Below, one piece after another: positions 26,986 through 39,200 of a DNA stretch of 64,000 nt. Each line of letters starts with the position of its first letter. Within the stretch, counting starts at the first letter, position 1. The notes beneath the pieces are model-generated. The model was not told where the DNA came from. It worked only from the letters and a program-made list of their open reading frames with translations, and made no database searches. Source of the stretch: Marsupella aquatica. Taxonomy: Eukaryota > Plantae > Marchantiophyta. Made by a program: the position numbers and the translations under genes. The DNA lies in NCBI GenBank assembly GCA_973895155.1, contig OZ316894.1:12316828-12380827 (forward strand). Direction: 5' to 3'.

Positions 26986-28865
26986 CAGAGTGCACAACTA
27001 AACTTTGAAATTAGCCAATGAACTTACTCTTCACCAGAGACTATTAGCTAGTTGGTTGCAACCCAAAGCACATGCACTTAGCCAACTTTCCTTACTCCTT
27101 AGGCCAGTAGGGAGCCACTTTGGCTAATTTTGCAAATACAGAAAAAAAAATGGCTGATGGGCACCCTCATTGGCTTCCTTCTGGATTGGGTTGGAAGGCC
27201 TGAGGTTGTAAGAGCATCCACACCAGCACCCCCAGTCAGGCACCCGGCTTCCCGATCAGCCAGAGTTGTTTCCCACCCAGATGACATTTTGTAAATAGAA
27301 GATGGCCCAGCATTAGTGCTCAATGGGGAGTCTTCCCCATTGAGTTGACCTTAGGGAATGATCTTAATGAATTGGGATTCCACAAAGCTGGCTTTAGTGA
27401 ATAGGGGGACAGGTGGACCTCCATTGGTGGCCCTTTTACTCTCTTTCCCTATGATACGGATGCCCTAAGACCATAATTTTCCTTAAGACGTTTATCTTAG
27501 ATACATTGTGACATGCATTTCAAACTTCTCGATTGCAGGTGTATAAATGGATGCATGCACTAGCCCATCAAAATCAGACCAAGGATCTTGCCAAGGGAGA
27601 AAACAAACATTACCTTGACGAAACGTCATCTTTGGATGCTATTGTCAGAAGCAAAGGAACATATAATTGATGGTCTGGCTGAAGACCAGGCTATGGTTGC
27701 TTCCAAAGCCAGACCAGGCACCATTGCCTCCGGCATCAAAGCAAAGAGGTCTACTTTGAGTGTGTTATTGTTTCCGCCTGTGCTTTGCCTGTTGTTTCTA
27801 GTGGAGACATGGAGACAGAAGCATAGAGGGACCATCACATTTGACAAAGAAAATACCATCTCAAGCAAAAGGTGAACCGTTCTCAAAAGTTGCTTTTAGT
27901 TTTAGTTCCCATTTTGGCTGTTAACAGTTGCTTAGCTCATTCACTAGTTGGGCTTCGATCTCGTTTTAATTCTAATCTAATCTAACACAATATAATATAA
28001 AATCTTCTACTCCACGATCAAGGATGCAGCTTTCTACACGTCATCATCCTCACCACGATTTCTTGCTACTGTGATCAATTGCGAATATTACGAGTGTACA
28101 TCCAGATCTGCAGTTTCTACCCCTGGTCACAAAGTCTTAAGTTCTTTTCGTCGAGAACTATGTGTTTCTTGACTTAATCTGACCTGAAAATAACCGAAAG
28201 AGACATTTCGAAGTACTTCATGAAATTTCTGGCGAAGTCAACCGAATAATTAGAGGAGCAAGGCTTTGAATTTGAGCATTTTAAGAACCAACCTGTATGC
28301 ATTACATGAACAGTATAGAGACCGAGTTTGGTGACACAGTTGCATTCAATGACCACTTTGCACTCTTTAAGATAAGTTGTCTACGGCGAACAACTACTTT
28401 ACCTCAGGTTCACTGCCAATGTATAACAAGGTTTGGGGACGCTTGGGTGGTATTTGCAAATGAAATGCGGACTCCTGACTGCAAGGCTCAGACAAAATTT
28501 TGATCATGAATAGTGTTCTCTTTCCCTAGGCCTTTGTCTAAACAGGGCTGGGTGAGAAGAAAAAATGCTTTGTAGGGAGGCATACAATTAGTAGATGATT
28601 AGAAGTCCGTGCCTCTTCAGAATGTGCTCTTTCAATCTGAATCCTCCAATTTTCCACCTCATCTGAGTTTTCCTTCAAGGTGAGATCGAATCTTTGAGAG
28701 GCTATTCCCGATCAGCCAGAGTTGGAGTTGTCCTTCTCGCTCTTCTCGCAGCTGACGTAAAATGCGGATAGATGATTTTAAAATACAGACGATGCAGCTT
28801 GTAATTCCCACTTGTTACAATTATAACCCAAACTGAAGTGTATGCAACTACCATGTACTCAGAAT

Positions 28866-31800
28866 TCACAGAAGGAGACTCCTACAAGCAGTATACTGAC
28901 CAAGAATGGAGTGAGACAAAGGGAAGAAAGACTCACTGATCTCCTTCGGGAAGAGAAATGTTGCTAGTCCTGCTACGATGGGGACAACTGTAAAGAGTCC
29001 AACAGCCAATTTCTGAAACAAAAGTCGAATGCCCCCGTTAAAAATGAATCTGACAAAACTTGACGAAAACTGCGAGCTTACCATCTGACAAATTGACAGC
29101 TTTAATAGTGTTTCTAAGACTTACCCTCTGACAACTTTCAATTAGACCAACCGCAACGAAAGGACAGAGAAAGCCTCCCAGGCGACCGCCAGAGTTTGCT
29201 GCTCCGACACCTGTTGTGCGCACTTTGGTGTAATACAACTCAGGAGCATAGGCCCACAAAATAGAGAACCCGCCCATAATGGAACTCCTCGAGCCGAACA
29301 TTAGCACATTGGTCGCCACCTCACTTAAGGGCGTCATCAGCGGGACAGAAAATAGACCACAAGCAATGAGAAGAACTGAGAGACTGATCTTTCGGCCAAA
29401 CTTTTCAACAATAAGGCAAGCTACGACCAGTCCAGGTAGCTCGGCAATACATGTTATGAGCACTGTCCTGTACTGAGATGTTTCAATGATGGGCCTGCCG
29501 TCAAGTTGGCACTCTGTTCCATCATCAGACCCTAATTTTGATGGATCATTGCAGGCATGCCCCATTGAGCCCTTCACCTGGAGTTCGGTTGTCAGGAGAA
29601 CAAGCCCATAGTATGTGAACGCATTTGCAAAGAACATAAACCACAGTACTAAAGTTGACCTCTTCAGCTCTGGAGAGAAGAGGAGCTTGAATGTATCAAA
29701 GATTCCTGAATGGTTTGAAGACTCAAATAGTTCAACCAAACCTTGCTTGGTACTCTGTCCAATATGAACTGCAGTCTCAGCTTCCTCTGACGGTAACTTT
29801 GATTGATCTGCCAGTGTAATTTTTCAAGAAGATATAGATTAGAAAGGAAAAAGATTAGGTTGACGGGAAAGAGAATTCCAGGACAGACCTTGCCTATGTC
29901 AAACTAGTGAATTCGATATCCACCAACATTGATTCAGCCACAAGGTAGGAGCAGAACTGGTGATTCTCAAAAAACTTTCTCTGCTCAGTCGGCGCAAGGT
30001 TTAATGCCTGTGGCCAAGTAACAATTACATACCATTTTTATTGATAATAGGGACCGAGTCCACAGGACGACAAGTAGTGAGCATCCCAGGAGGCAGAGTT
30101 TTCCCATTGACTTTCGCAATGCGCTTCAAAACCTTTCTTGCACCTTCTTCATCACCTTTAAGCTGTGATTCAAATTTAGCTAAGTGCACTGTCTTTTGAA
30201 AACTATAAGCGACAAGTTATGTACAGAAATTAGCAGCTAGCTCACAACTATATGCACTTGAAACGCACAAAGCTAATTGACAAACAACATGACAGTACCG
30301 TTATCCATAGGCTTAAAAGCAGAAGGTGAAATACCATCAAGTAACTAGGCGATTCGGGTAGCACTGGGTAGAAGACAAGCAAAAGTATAAATGGTAGCGC
30401 AGATACTCCCACCAACCACCTGCCAGTTACAGATAAGGCACATCAGCCAGTAACGTCCAACACGACAGACTTTGGGAGGCACATGTCAAGATCTGATCCC
30501 GTAGTACTTTGCATATTCCATTGGTCCTAAAGCTCGGTGTCTTCGTTTGGTCATCCCTGGTTAGCTATTGCAAATAATTGCAAACATCTCAGCTGCAGCT
30601 CTCCAGGAAACTAAAAATATAGCAAGGGAGATCAGCTAGCCCTTAGATACGTGAGGATACAAGACTCTTAAATGTGCTCATTCATTGGGAACGACAAATA
30701 CTTACTTTATCGCTCAACCAGCAGGCCATCATAATAACGAGTCTATCCAACATATAGTAATCATCTTCAATCAACTTTCGAAAAGCTGTGAAATTTCACT
30801 GAGGTCGGCTCTAAGTGTCTAGGAACAGCTGACATACTGGTCGATTAATAAAATTCAAGTTGCTGGGCCTGTTCTGGAGAGACAAAGTGTGACATACCGC
30901 CAATTGATGTTGGGTATGATGATCCAAGCTAATAATGCCTCTGCAATTGATCCAACCTGTTTTCCAGGCACATCACTATTCAGTTCCTTGAGTAAGCGCT
31001 ACCGCAATATATGGCTGCATCATCCCTCGGCCATTGGACTCATGCACTGCACTTTAAATTCATAATTGTTGAAAAGGTCAATGCTGATTTACATGACTCG
31101 ATCGCTTGAGAAATACATGACTGGTCAAGCGATTTCAAAAATACACTTACAGTCCAGAATACTTCAAGGAAAACAAGCCAGAAGCCTCTGCCCTTTGTTG
31201 GTAAAAACTCCATACAGAGTGAGAAGGCAACCTGAATCATTACAGTTCGCAGGGCAAATGTTGATCAGAACAACCTTAACAGCCGACGATCAAACTGGGA
31301 TACGTTAAACTTTGCAACAAAAATTCCGGAGAGCATACTTAGATGGGTACTCACAGAAGAACCCCCTAGACCGACGCCAACAAATGCTCGTGAAAGCAGA
31401 AGAAAATAAAAGGTTGGAGACCAGGCACTGCAAAGGCAACCATGTCAAATAGGATTTCAGCACGTTAGCTGTCTAAATTGGATGTCGGCAAAAAACCACG
31501 ATACCAGCTTTTCAATTACCCTTAAATACGATATAGCAGAGCACAAAGCAGTGCCTCAACCGTACATTTTACATTAGATGCAGAATAATTGTAACTTGGA
31601 AGGTTAGCTACAGACAATTCCAAGTGATGAACGTGTTCAAACAAAAAGTTTGCTTTTGCATTTGACCGAATCTACATCCCTGTATACAAATTGACGGACG
31701 AATATCACAAACGACACATGTTCACAGTGGCTATTTTAGCGGAAGATGCGAACCTTAGAAGTCCAAACACTGTTGTGAAAAGCGCCGTTGCCAAGAAAGC

Positions 31801-34290
31801 ATATCGGCGGCCCCTGTTGTCAGACAGGATACCCCAGCTGTAGCTACCCCTGCATGAGCAACTCCAAGAAAGGTTGGCTTTGTTCGTGGTAATGTGTAAC
31901 ACAGCAGGACATTATATCAAATAACATAGCTTTCTTGCTTGGCTACTGACAACAAGACAATAGCACGTTCTCAGTGGTACATGAAAAACAAGGACCACTG
32001 TATTCTCTGAGAGAAAATGGCACCAACTAAATGCTCTAATTTTACAGCCCAAAGGTCCCCACTTGAAGCAAGAGATAGGAAGCACATGAGTTCAAAAATT
32101 CCAGAAGCATACATTGAAACACACCAATTATATTGGTGAAAGTAATGCCATCACCACAAAACTTACAACGAGGCCTGTTCAGTACACTAAGACAAACAAG
32201 GTTATTTGCACAACCCAGATATGAAGAGTCACCTACAATAAAATCCCAACAAAGACAGCACTTGATATTGCCGATTCTTGCCCAGGTGACAATTTCCACT
32301 CACACTTTGCCTGCAGTAGGAGACTACTTTGTAAAAAATATTATCATAGAAACTTCCAAAACATTGATTGGACTCATAGAAGGTCATGACCATGTAGAGC
32401 ACAACTTCGGGCAGATTGAAAAACGTCTAAGCACAAGGAATCGAGCAGCTCCAACAAAACCAGAAGTTCTGTTCAAGCATACCGCAGGGCCGACAAACGA
32501 GAGAAGAATCATCTCAGCTGCGTCAGCAAGCCATGTGAGACCTGTATACGTCACCATTCCTAGCTGAAAAGTACCAAATCCTGCAATCTCAACCAGTTTA
32601 ATTTTTTAAGAAATAGTTCTAATTGTCAGCTTAACCAACATTGTTTTGAACTGTCTTTCATCCACCTTTCGTGAAGGAAGCCTAGAGACTCAAGGTAAAA
32701 GAACGGTATCACATATGATAGGCTACTGACCCTCTGAGAGATCCAAGAGACACGATTGAGTGCTTGCTACCTTATTACATAAACGAAAAGTTCCGTAGAA
32801 CACAAGACCAATGGATCCAAGTCCTTACATGCCCAGACTGATGTAGAGTGGTGGTTACATCGAGCCTAGATTGACTTCTGCACACTACTTCATTTTATCA
32901 TGTTTAGCTATGAGATGCGCAAGTCAGAAACAGACAGCTGTAGAACTGCCTAGTACCGAACCAAATGCTTCGTTTTAGAACAAGGATTGGCTGGAGTTGT
33001 CTAGTCTGGAAAAAAAGTCTAAATTCCTTCAGAACAGTCCAAAAGCACAGCTAGAGTGTCTCACTATGAAACTGGCAAGATGAAAGTGGGCACATTGATT
33101 AAAAGACATCCAAGAGAACTACATATTTGTCTTAGGAGGAAGATAGGATTAGTGGACTCGTAACAGCTCTATACATCGCAAAGTGGGAAATCTGAATTTA
33201 CGTTGCGTGAAATTCGATGCCAAATATATGTGTATCTTACTTTCTCCTCTGTAAACACTGTTGCCAAGGTTTACAGCATTTTGTAAGAGTTCGCAGTTAT
33301 CATTAAAACTGAGGTGACGAGCTACAATTGCTTCCTATTGATGAGGGTTCTTGACGATTGCAATTGATAAGTTTAGGCTAGTAAATTAGAATCTCACAGA
33401 TGTCCTTACAATTGCTTTCTGACGGAAGGGCTACAGCTAGGTCTTTAGGCAAGCTTGTTGGTCTGAATTTAGGAAACTGACGAACCTAGATGATCAATAG
33501 CATCCTCCACGGTATAAAAATCTCCAGCTGAACCTGCTGCATGATCTCTTCGATTTCCATTGCTTGACTCCTGCACAACCAATGCAACGTTTCAAGGTCC
33601 GGTGGCCCACATTTCTCTCTGGAAATGCACGCTGTTGTATTCAAGTGTAAGTAGACACTATCAGAGAGGGCGTCAAAGTTGCAAAGTCTCAGTTTTGTCC
33701 CCTTGACTGCGGAAGGAAAATTCCCATTTTGATCCCTTGTATGGCTAAACAATATTTTCTTTGTATTGCAGAGATCAAGCCGCATACGAGCTTGTTTCAC
33801 GAGCTTCTAAAGGTATTTATATCCAACCTGTAATGAGATGACCACAAGAAAAGTCCTTCAGACGCCTCAAATCTCAACTTTGACTTATGTGAAAAATGAG
33901 AGCCCATCATTAGAGGGAAGGGGGGGCGGCGGAGGGTGAGGGTGAGGACAGCATATTGATCGCTTCCATGATAAGTCTATGGATTAGCCTAGCATCGTTG
34001 GATTAAACTGGAGGAGCTCAGCTTCAATATCCTGAACAGCAGGTTCCACTGTCTTGAGACAACCAGAAAAAAGGACCCATCCAGTGTCCTGATCATCCGA
34101 TTGCTCTAACCTACGGTACCTTCCAGAACCAAGTTAGACATATGTTTGCTTTTCCTGAGCTAAACACGAGCCACCTAGATAGTTAGAGCCCGTAATTTAC
34201 CGCACGGATGAGTGGCTCCGTAGCTTCCACTTCCTCGTCTCCTCTGGCAATTGTCTTCCTCTCAGCAGCAGCAGCTCCGGTGCTCTCCAT
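28866..34290 (-). CDS. OCT7: MFS organic cation/carnitine transporter (OCT7/SVOP-like); exons 34290-34201, 33570-33486, 32580-32483, 32310-32237, 31849-31754, 31427-31355, 31231-31151, 30956-30898, 30419-30335, 30162-30033, 29807-29125, 29012-28937; terminal exon uncertain
   Basis: In-frame GT-AG splicing gives YTVEDAIDHLGFGTFQ...ADAAEMILLSFVGPA...WGILSDNRGRR...MEFLPTKGRG...PESP...YYGLVLLTTEL...AELPG...YAPELY...RTTGVG. The start could also be 34464. The 3' end is either read-through to 28866 or a short further exon. Confidence 0.88.
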
Positions 34291-35047
34291 CGTACCCGCT
34301 GGATCCTCCTTTTCTGCTGTCCCTGGTCGCGAGCTCTCCGTCTTGTCTACCACATGCTCACCAGCTGCTGCATCTCCCGTACAACTACCACTCCTTTGGT
34401 GATCGCTCAAATTTTTCTGGTCCCCGCCCAGGACCTCTAATTCAATCCCCAAAAAACGCATCAATGAATGAACGGAAATGGGAGATGGTAAAACGTGAGG
34501 ACTACTGGCAGGTTTCCAACTCCTCTCCCTCAGCCCAGCTGCTGCTTTATTTAAGGAAGGACACTTTCATGACCGATCACCGACTCATGACCCTCCCATT
34601 CTTGAGTACACTCCTCCGCTTCCTTGTGTGGAGGCTTTTATGAACTGTGTGCGTAGAGGTCTTTTGAATACAAATTCCATGTTCGAAGTCCGGTCGAAGC
34701 ATGTACCAAGTCAATGACGACTGTGGGACCAAAATGGCACTTCGTGTCATTCTGGACGGCCCGGATCCCGTTCATCAAAGGCTCGACTGCACTGCTGCTG
34801 TAGGATTTGGTGGGAAGTAAAGTCCTCCCAGTCCCACTACTCGTGTGCAACATAGGTGAACCAGTCTGTGGGTCTACAGTAGTTGGTCTAGTTGGGATTT
34901 GTTACCAACGTTGGAGGTGTAATTTTCCAACCACTTTTCTATCAAATGGACTCTACCAAAAGGCAAAATCTTTGGTGCTAAAAAATTAGGAAAGTTGTTT
35001 GATGCCGTGAGGGGGAGGTGGGGGGCAAGGGAGAATTAGGGTATAGG

Positions 35048-35828
35048 GTTCTTTTACAAGTGCCCCTTCCATTACAACATTGTTGGGAGTAGCAAGGGTT
35101 AACAACTTGTTGATACTTAACTCTAACGAGTGGTTAAATAGGTCAACTGTCTGAGCAAAACTAAACCATGGTTAAGTGCTGTTGAGGTTAGACTAGTGGA
35201 GAGGGCCTATAGCTTGAAGGAACACTTCATTGTGCTCACACTAGATGTCAATGGTCAAGAGTTGGAGAGTGGAGAGAGAACTCAAAGAGTATTGTGTCAT
35301 GGAGCTCAGCTTGTGACTTGCCAAAGCTATGGCCAATGTATGGTGTTAATATATAGTGAGTTTTTTCATTTGGTCATGGACACACTCTAAACTTGGTGAA
35401 CCAAACATCTCTAAGTCAAGACACATTGTATGTTGTAGACTGGTTCCTCAACACATGTATCTCAACACAACTGAAAATAAGGATGTCCATCCATATGCAA
35501 AAAGACATTCACTTCACAATCCCTTCACATATCATGGAAAGAGTTATTAGGTTTATTTTTTTACTAATTCTTCCATGCCACATTGATTCGTAGATTGATT
35601 GAATTGTTCTAAATTTTTCCCAAGAAATCCATTTGTTCAAGAATAAAGGGGGAAAGAGGGTGAGGACCACTCAAACATAAATAGACAAGAGGGCAAGCAC
35701 TCCCATAATGGAAAAAAAATTCTTTAAGTCCTCCTAGGTCAGATCAGCTTGGGTGAGGTTGGCTCAGGTCAGATCCGCCTAGGTCAAATTGGCTTAAGGT
35801 AGGTTTAAGTAAATTGGCTTAGAAGGCA
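35048..35828. repeat. Unclassified dispersed repeat, uninterrupted copy (inverted relative to 11898-13020)
   Basis: Colinear similarity with the 11.9-13.0 kb copy. It contains ggtcagatc/aggtcaaatt short repeats near one end. Confidence 0.8.
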
Positions 35829-36259
35829 TTTATTGTCCCAATATGTGTCTTCTGTGGAAAACTAATCATTGGCTAGCTTTGCATTTGTTTTATTCTCAAC
35901 TCTGGCCTTCATTAGTACTAAGATTTTACCATAATAGACCACCATGTCTATTATGTAAGTGATATACTTGCAGCTATTTGTATCCATTGCAATAGAAACT
36001 AATCTTGAAAGCACAAAATGATCTAACTGATAAAGTTGGCTTAGTCAGTTTCAGTGCACAAGCAAGTTTTGCTTGATTGGTAGGGAATCACACTCTTGCA
36101 GTCCACTTAGAGTACTCATAAGAAAAGTTCTAAAGAGTTGCACACAAGGACATCCAATAAGTTGTTACTTCAAACTCTCTGGCATGTCGGCATCGGGAAT
36201 CTATTAGTTTGTCAACACCCAAAAGTAACCGTACAAATATTCTCAACCTTCTTAATTAT

Positions 36260-39200
36260 TGATAGATATTGCTCTAGTCTTGTGACTCATGAGCTAACCA
36301 CAGTTAGTCTAACTTGGGTTAGGACTTAGCTAATGTTAGCGCTAGTGCTATTGTGCATATAGCTAGGGCTGATGCCAGACCCTGGTGGAACTTAGGCTCA
36401 TTGTTACGGAGCTAGTTGAGAGATAGGGAGAGCTTGTGCTGTGGATGCTTGGTATGGCCGGTCGGCCTAGAGTGCGGTAAAGCTCTTGTGTGTTCCCGTG
36501 GACGTAGCCTCATGTGGAGGTGAACCACGTATCTCTCTATGTCGACTATTGTGCATTATGGTTCATGGGCTTGCTGTTACGAATGTCGTCTATGCTCAAC
36601 AAGTGGTATCAGAGCATGCCTGGGAGGTGACGAGGTTTTTTCGTGACAGGTTTTTTCCAACGTTCATTGTCGGTGGCACATTCGGAGTTTCATCGCATGA
36701 AACTTGAATGTGTGTGGCTAAGCGGATAGGTTAGTGAGAAGGCTTTCTAACGGTGGTTAGAACTCGCTGATGGGTATCCGTGGTGCGGAGGAATTGAAGT
36801 TTGCGTCGTTCAAGGTTTATTCGTGTTCGACGGTATTTCGGGGGAGAGACCAGAGTTTGCGTTTTTCAATGGTGTGAGCTGTGCGGTGCGGGAGGTGTCG
36901 CACATTGTAGCTCAAGTTGAAGATTGGAGCGAGCTGGTCATTTCGGTAATTGGATTGCTGTCGAGTTGTGACCGAGTGCGTCGTGACGAGTGAAGGAGGC
37001 GTTCAGGTTTTTTCACAAGCTATGGAGCTTGTTCACATCTGAACCGGGTTTCTCCTCGTGACGTCCGACTCGGTGGAAGAAACGCAAAGTGCTACGGCTC
37101 AATGGTTTGATCGTGGCAAGGCGGTCATTTTGAGCCCGGGATTGGCACTTGACGCAGAGTGAAGGTGACGGGGCGGAAATTTTTCTATTCTGCTGGAGCT
37201 GCAGACTGTGCCGGTGAAATTTGGCCACATTTACCGTCGGTGACGTTCATTTTTCTTGTTGGAAACGGTGGCGGCAAAGGTGAGTTATTGCCTTTCTTCT
37301 TTGGGGGGTCAATTTTTGCTTTTGGGGGGGTTTAGAGGGTTTTTTCTCGTGAGTATACACACGAGGTGTATACACACCTCGGCCCCACACTCCCTCATAC
37401 GCCATTTTTCCCTCCCCGCGTACCTCTTCGTATCGGGCCCCGCCGGCCGTTCCCCCCCCCCCGCACTCCCGTTAAACGTGGCGCAGCGCCGGTCGGCGCT
37501 TGGTGCGCGCTCGCTCACGCCTTGTGCCTCCCTCGCCCCCTTTAGTCCCCGCCCCTTTGGCTGCCGCCTGCAGCCCGTGGGCTGCAACCCCGGTGCCTCC
37601 CTTCTCACCCCCGTGCCCGGCCAGACGACTCGCCACTCGCCCTCGCCCCTCATCCTCCTGCCGCCTGCTCCTGCCGGCCGCCTGCCCTCGCGCCCTGCAT
37701 TATCACCCCGGCCCGGCCCGGCCATACGGCTTGTAAACGCCCGGCCCAATGCGCGTATTCTCCCTGGCCGCCCTTTGTTTTAACCGCTCCGACAGGGGGA
37801 ACGGCCCCCTGTGAGACCTGTCGGACTGTGTGAGAATATTCCCAAAAAACAGAGAGCTGTTTTTCGGCCGTCCGATAAAGATTTTGTCCGCCGAACGATA
37901 ACTTTTTTGGTTCTTTTTCGGTGAGGACGTTGCCATTGGAGTTAGCAACGCGGCGCACCAATCACATCGCAATTCCGACGACGGGTTGTACTAGGTATTT
38001 TGGTTATTCTCCAAGGTGGTCAAAACGGGGGAGTTTCCCAAGGTTTTACCCACCCTGACCAAAATTTGAATAACTTTTCCGTCAAATTTTGATTTTGATT
38101 TCGGCTTTCAGTATGGGACTCCTAGCTTCGTGGGCTACGCGGTGGTGTTGAGTTTTGAGTTTTATGAGAAGTTTCAAAAAAAGACATTTTTTTGTGATTG
38201 TTTCATATGAGTGACTCGGAGGATACTGGAAGAATTGGCGTCGGTGGAGCTTTAGGATTGCAACGGTCAGACGGTAAGTCTGAGGAGGAGCTGCTACCAT
38301 TTGAGGAAGAACTAGTGATACCGGTACGATCACCGGTGCGGCGTGCAGTGGAAGAAGCTGTACTACTACCAGAGCTATCGGTAGTAGGGAAGAGGAGGGA
38401 GATGGCTAGATTTGGAGGAGTAAAATTTGAGGTGAAGAAGTATGATGGTCGTACTGACTACTTGCTGTGGGAGAAGCAAGTGAAGGGTATCCTTCGGGCC
38501 ATGGGCTTAGCTCATCTACTCTCTTCGCGAGAGCAGTATGATGGAAAGGAGGAATTTCTGTGAGATAGTGGAGACAGGAGCAGGTGATTGCTGTCAATGC
38601 AGTGATGCTATATCTCAAGCCGCACATCATCAAGCAGCTGGATGATTATGTGGATTGCGCGTCACTGTTCAAGGCTCTAAGAGAGAAGTACTATCGGGAA
38701 GATGCATCAGACCGGCTGTACAAGAAGTCACTCTTGATGAGCCTTAGGCTCAAGGAAGGGAGCAAGATGCAGGATCACCTTGATGAGTTTGACAGTCTAG
38801 CGGTGGATCTATCAAACCTGGGAAAAGAAGTTGAAGATGAGGATAAGGCCTTGCTTCTGCTAAGTTCCTTACCGCCGTCATATCAGGGCTTTGAACAGGT
38901 GCTCTTGTACAAAGATTTGAAGTCCATTTCGTATAATGAGGTGGTGAGCTCCTTGCTGTATGATGATGCTCAGAAGAAGTTGGATCAATCACAGACAGCA
39001 TCTTCTTCTGGCACTGCGTTGAACGTGAACCATGGAAGAGCAGCGCAGTGCACGAATGGGCAGAACAGGTTTAGATCTACATCACGGGGGAGATCTAAAT
39101 CCAGAGGGAAATCGCAAGAGAGGAAGCCTCTTGCATGTTGGAATTGTAGAAGCCTGGCCATATGAAAAGGGATTGTCGAGTAAAGGTCCCTACTGCCTCT

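Noticed and set aside
27588-27886. 95-aa and 86-aa overlapping ORFs
   Set aside because: No recognisable family motif; cannot support a call.
37256-37972. Several Pro/Arg/Gly-rich ORFs on both strands
   Set aside because: A consequence of extreme GC content in the Copia leader; not shared with the sister element.
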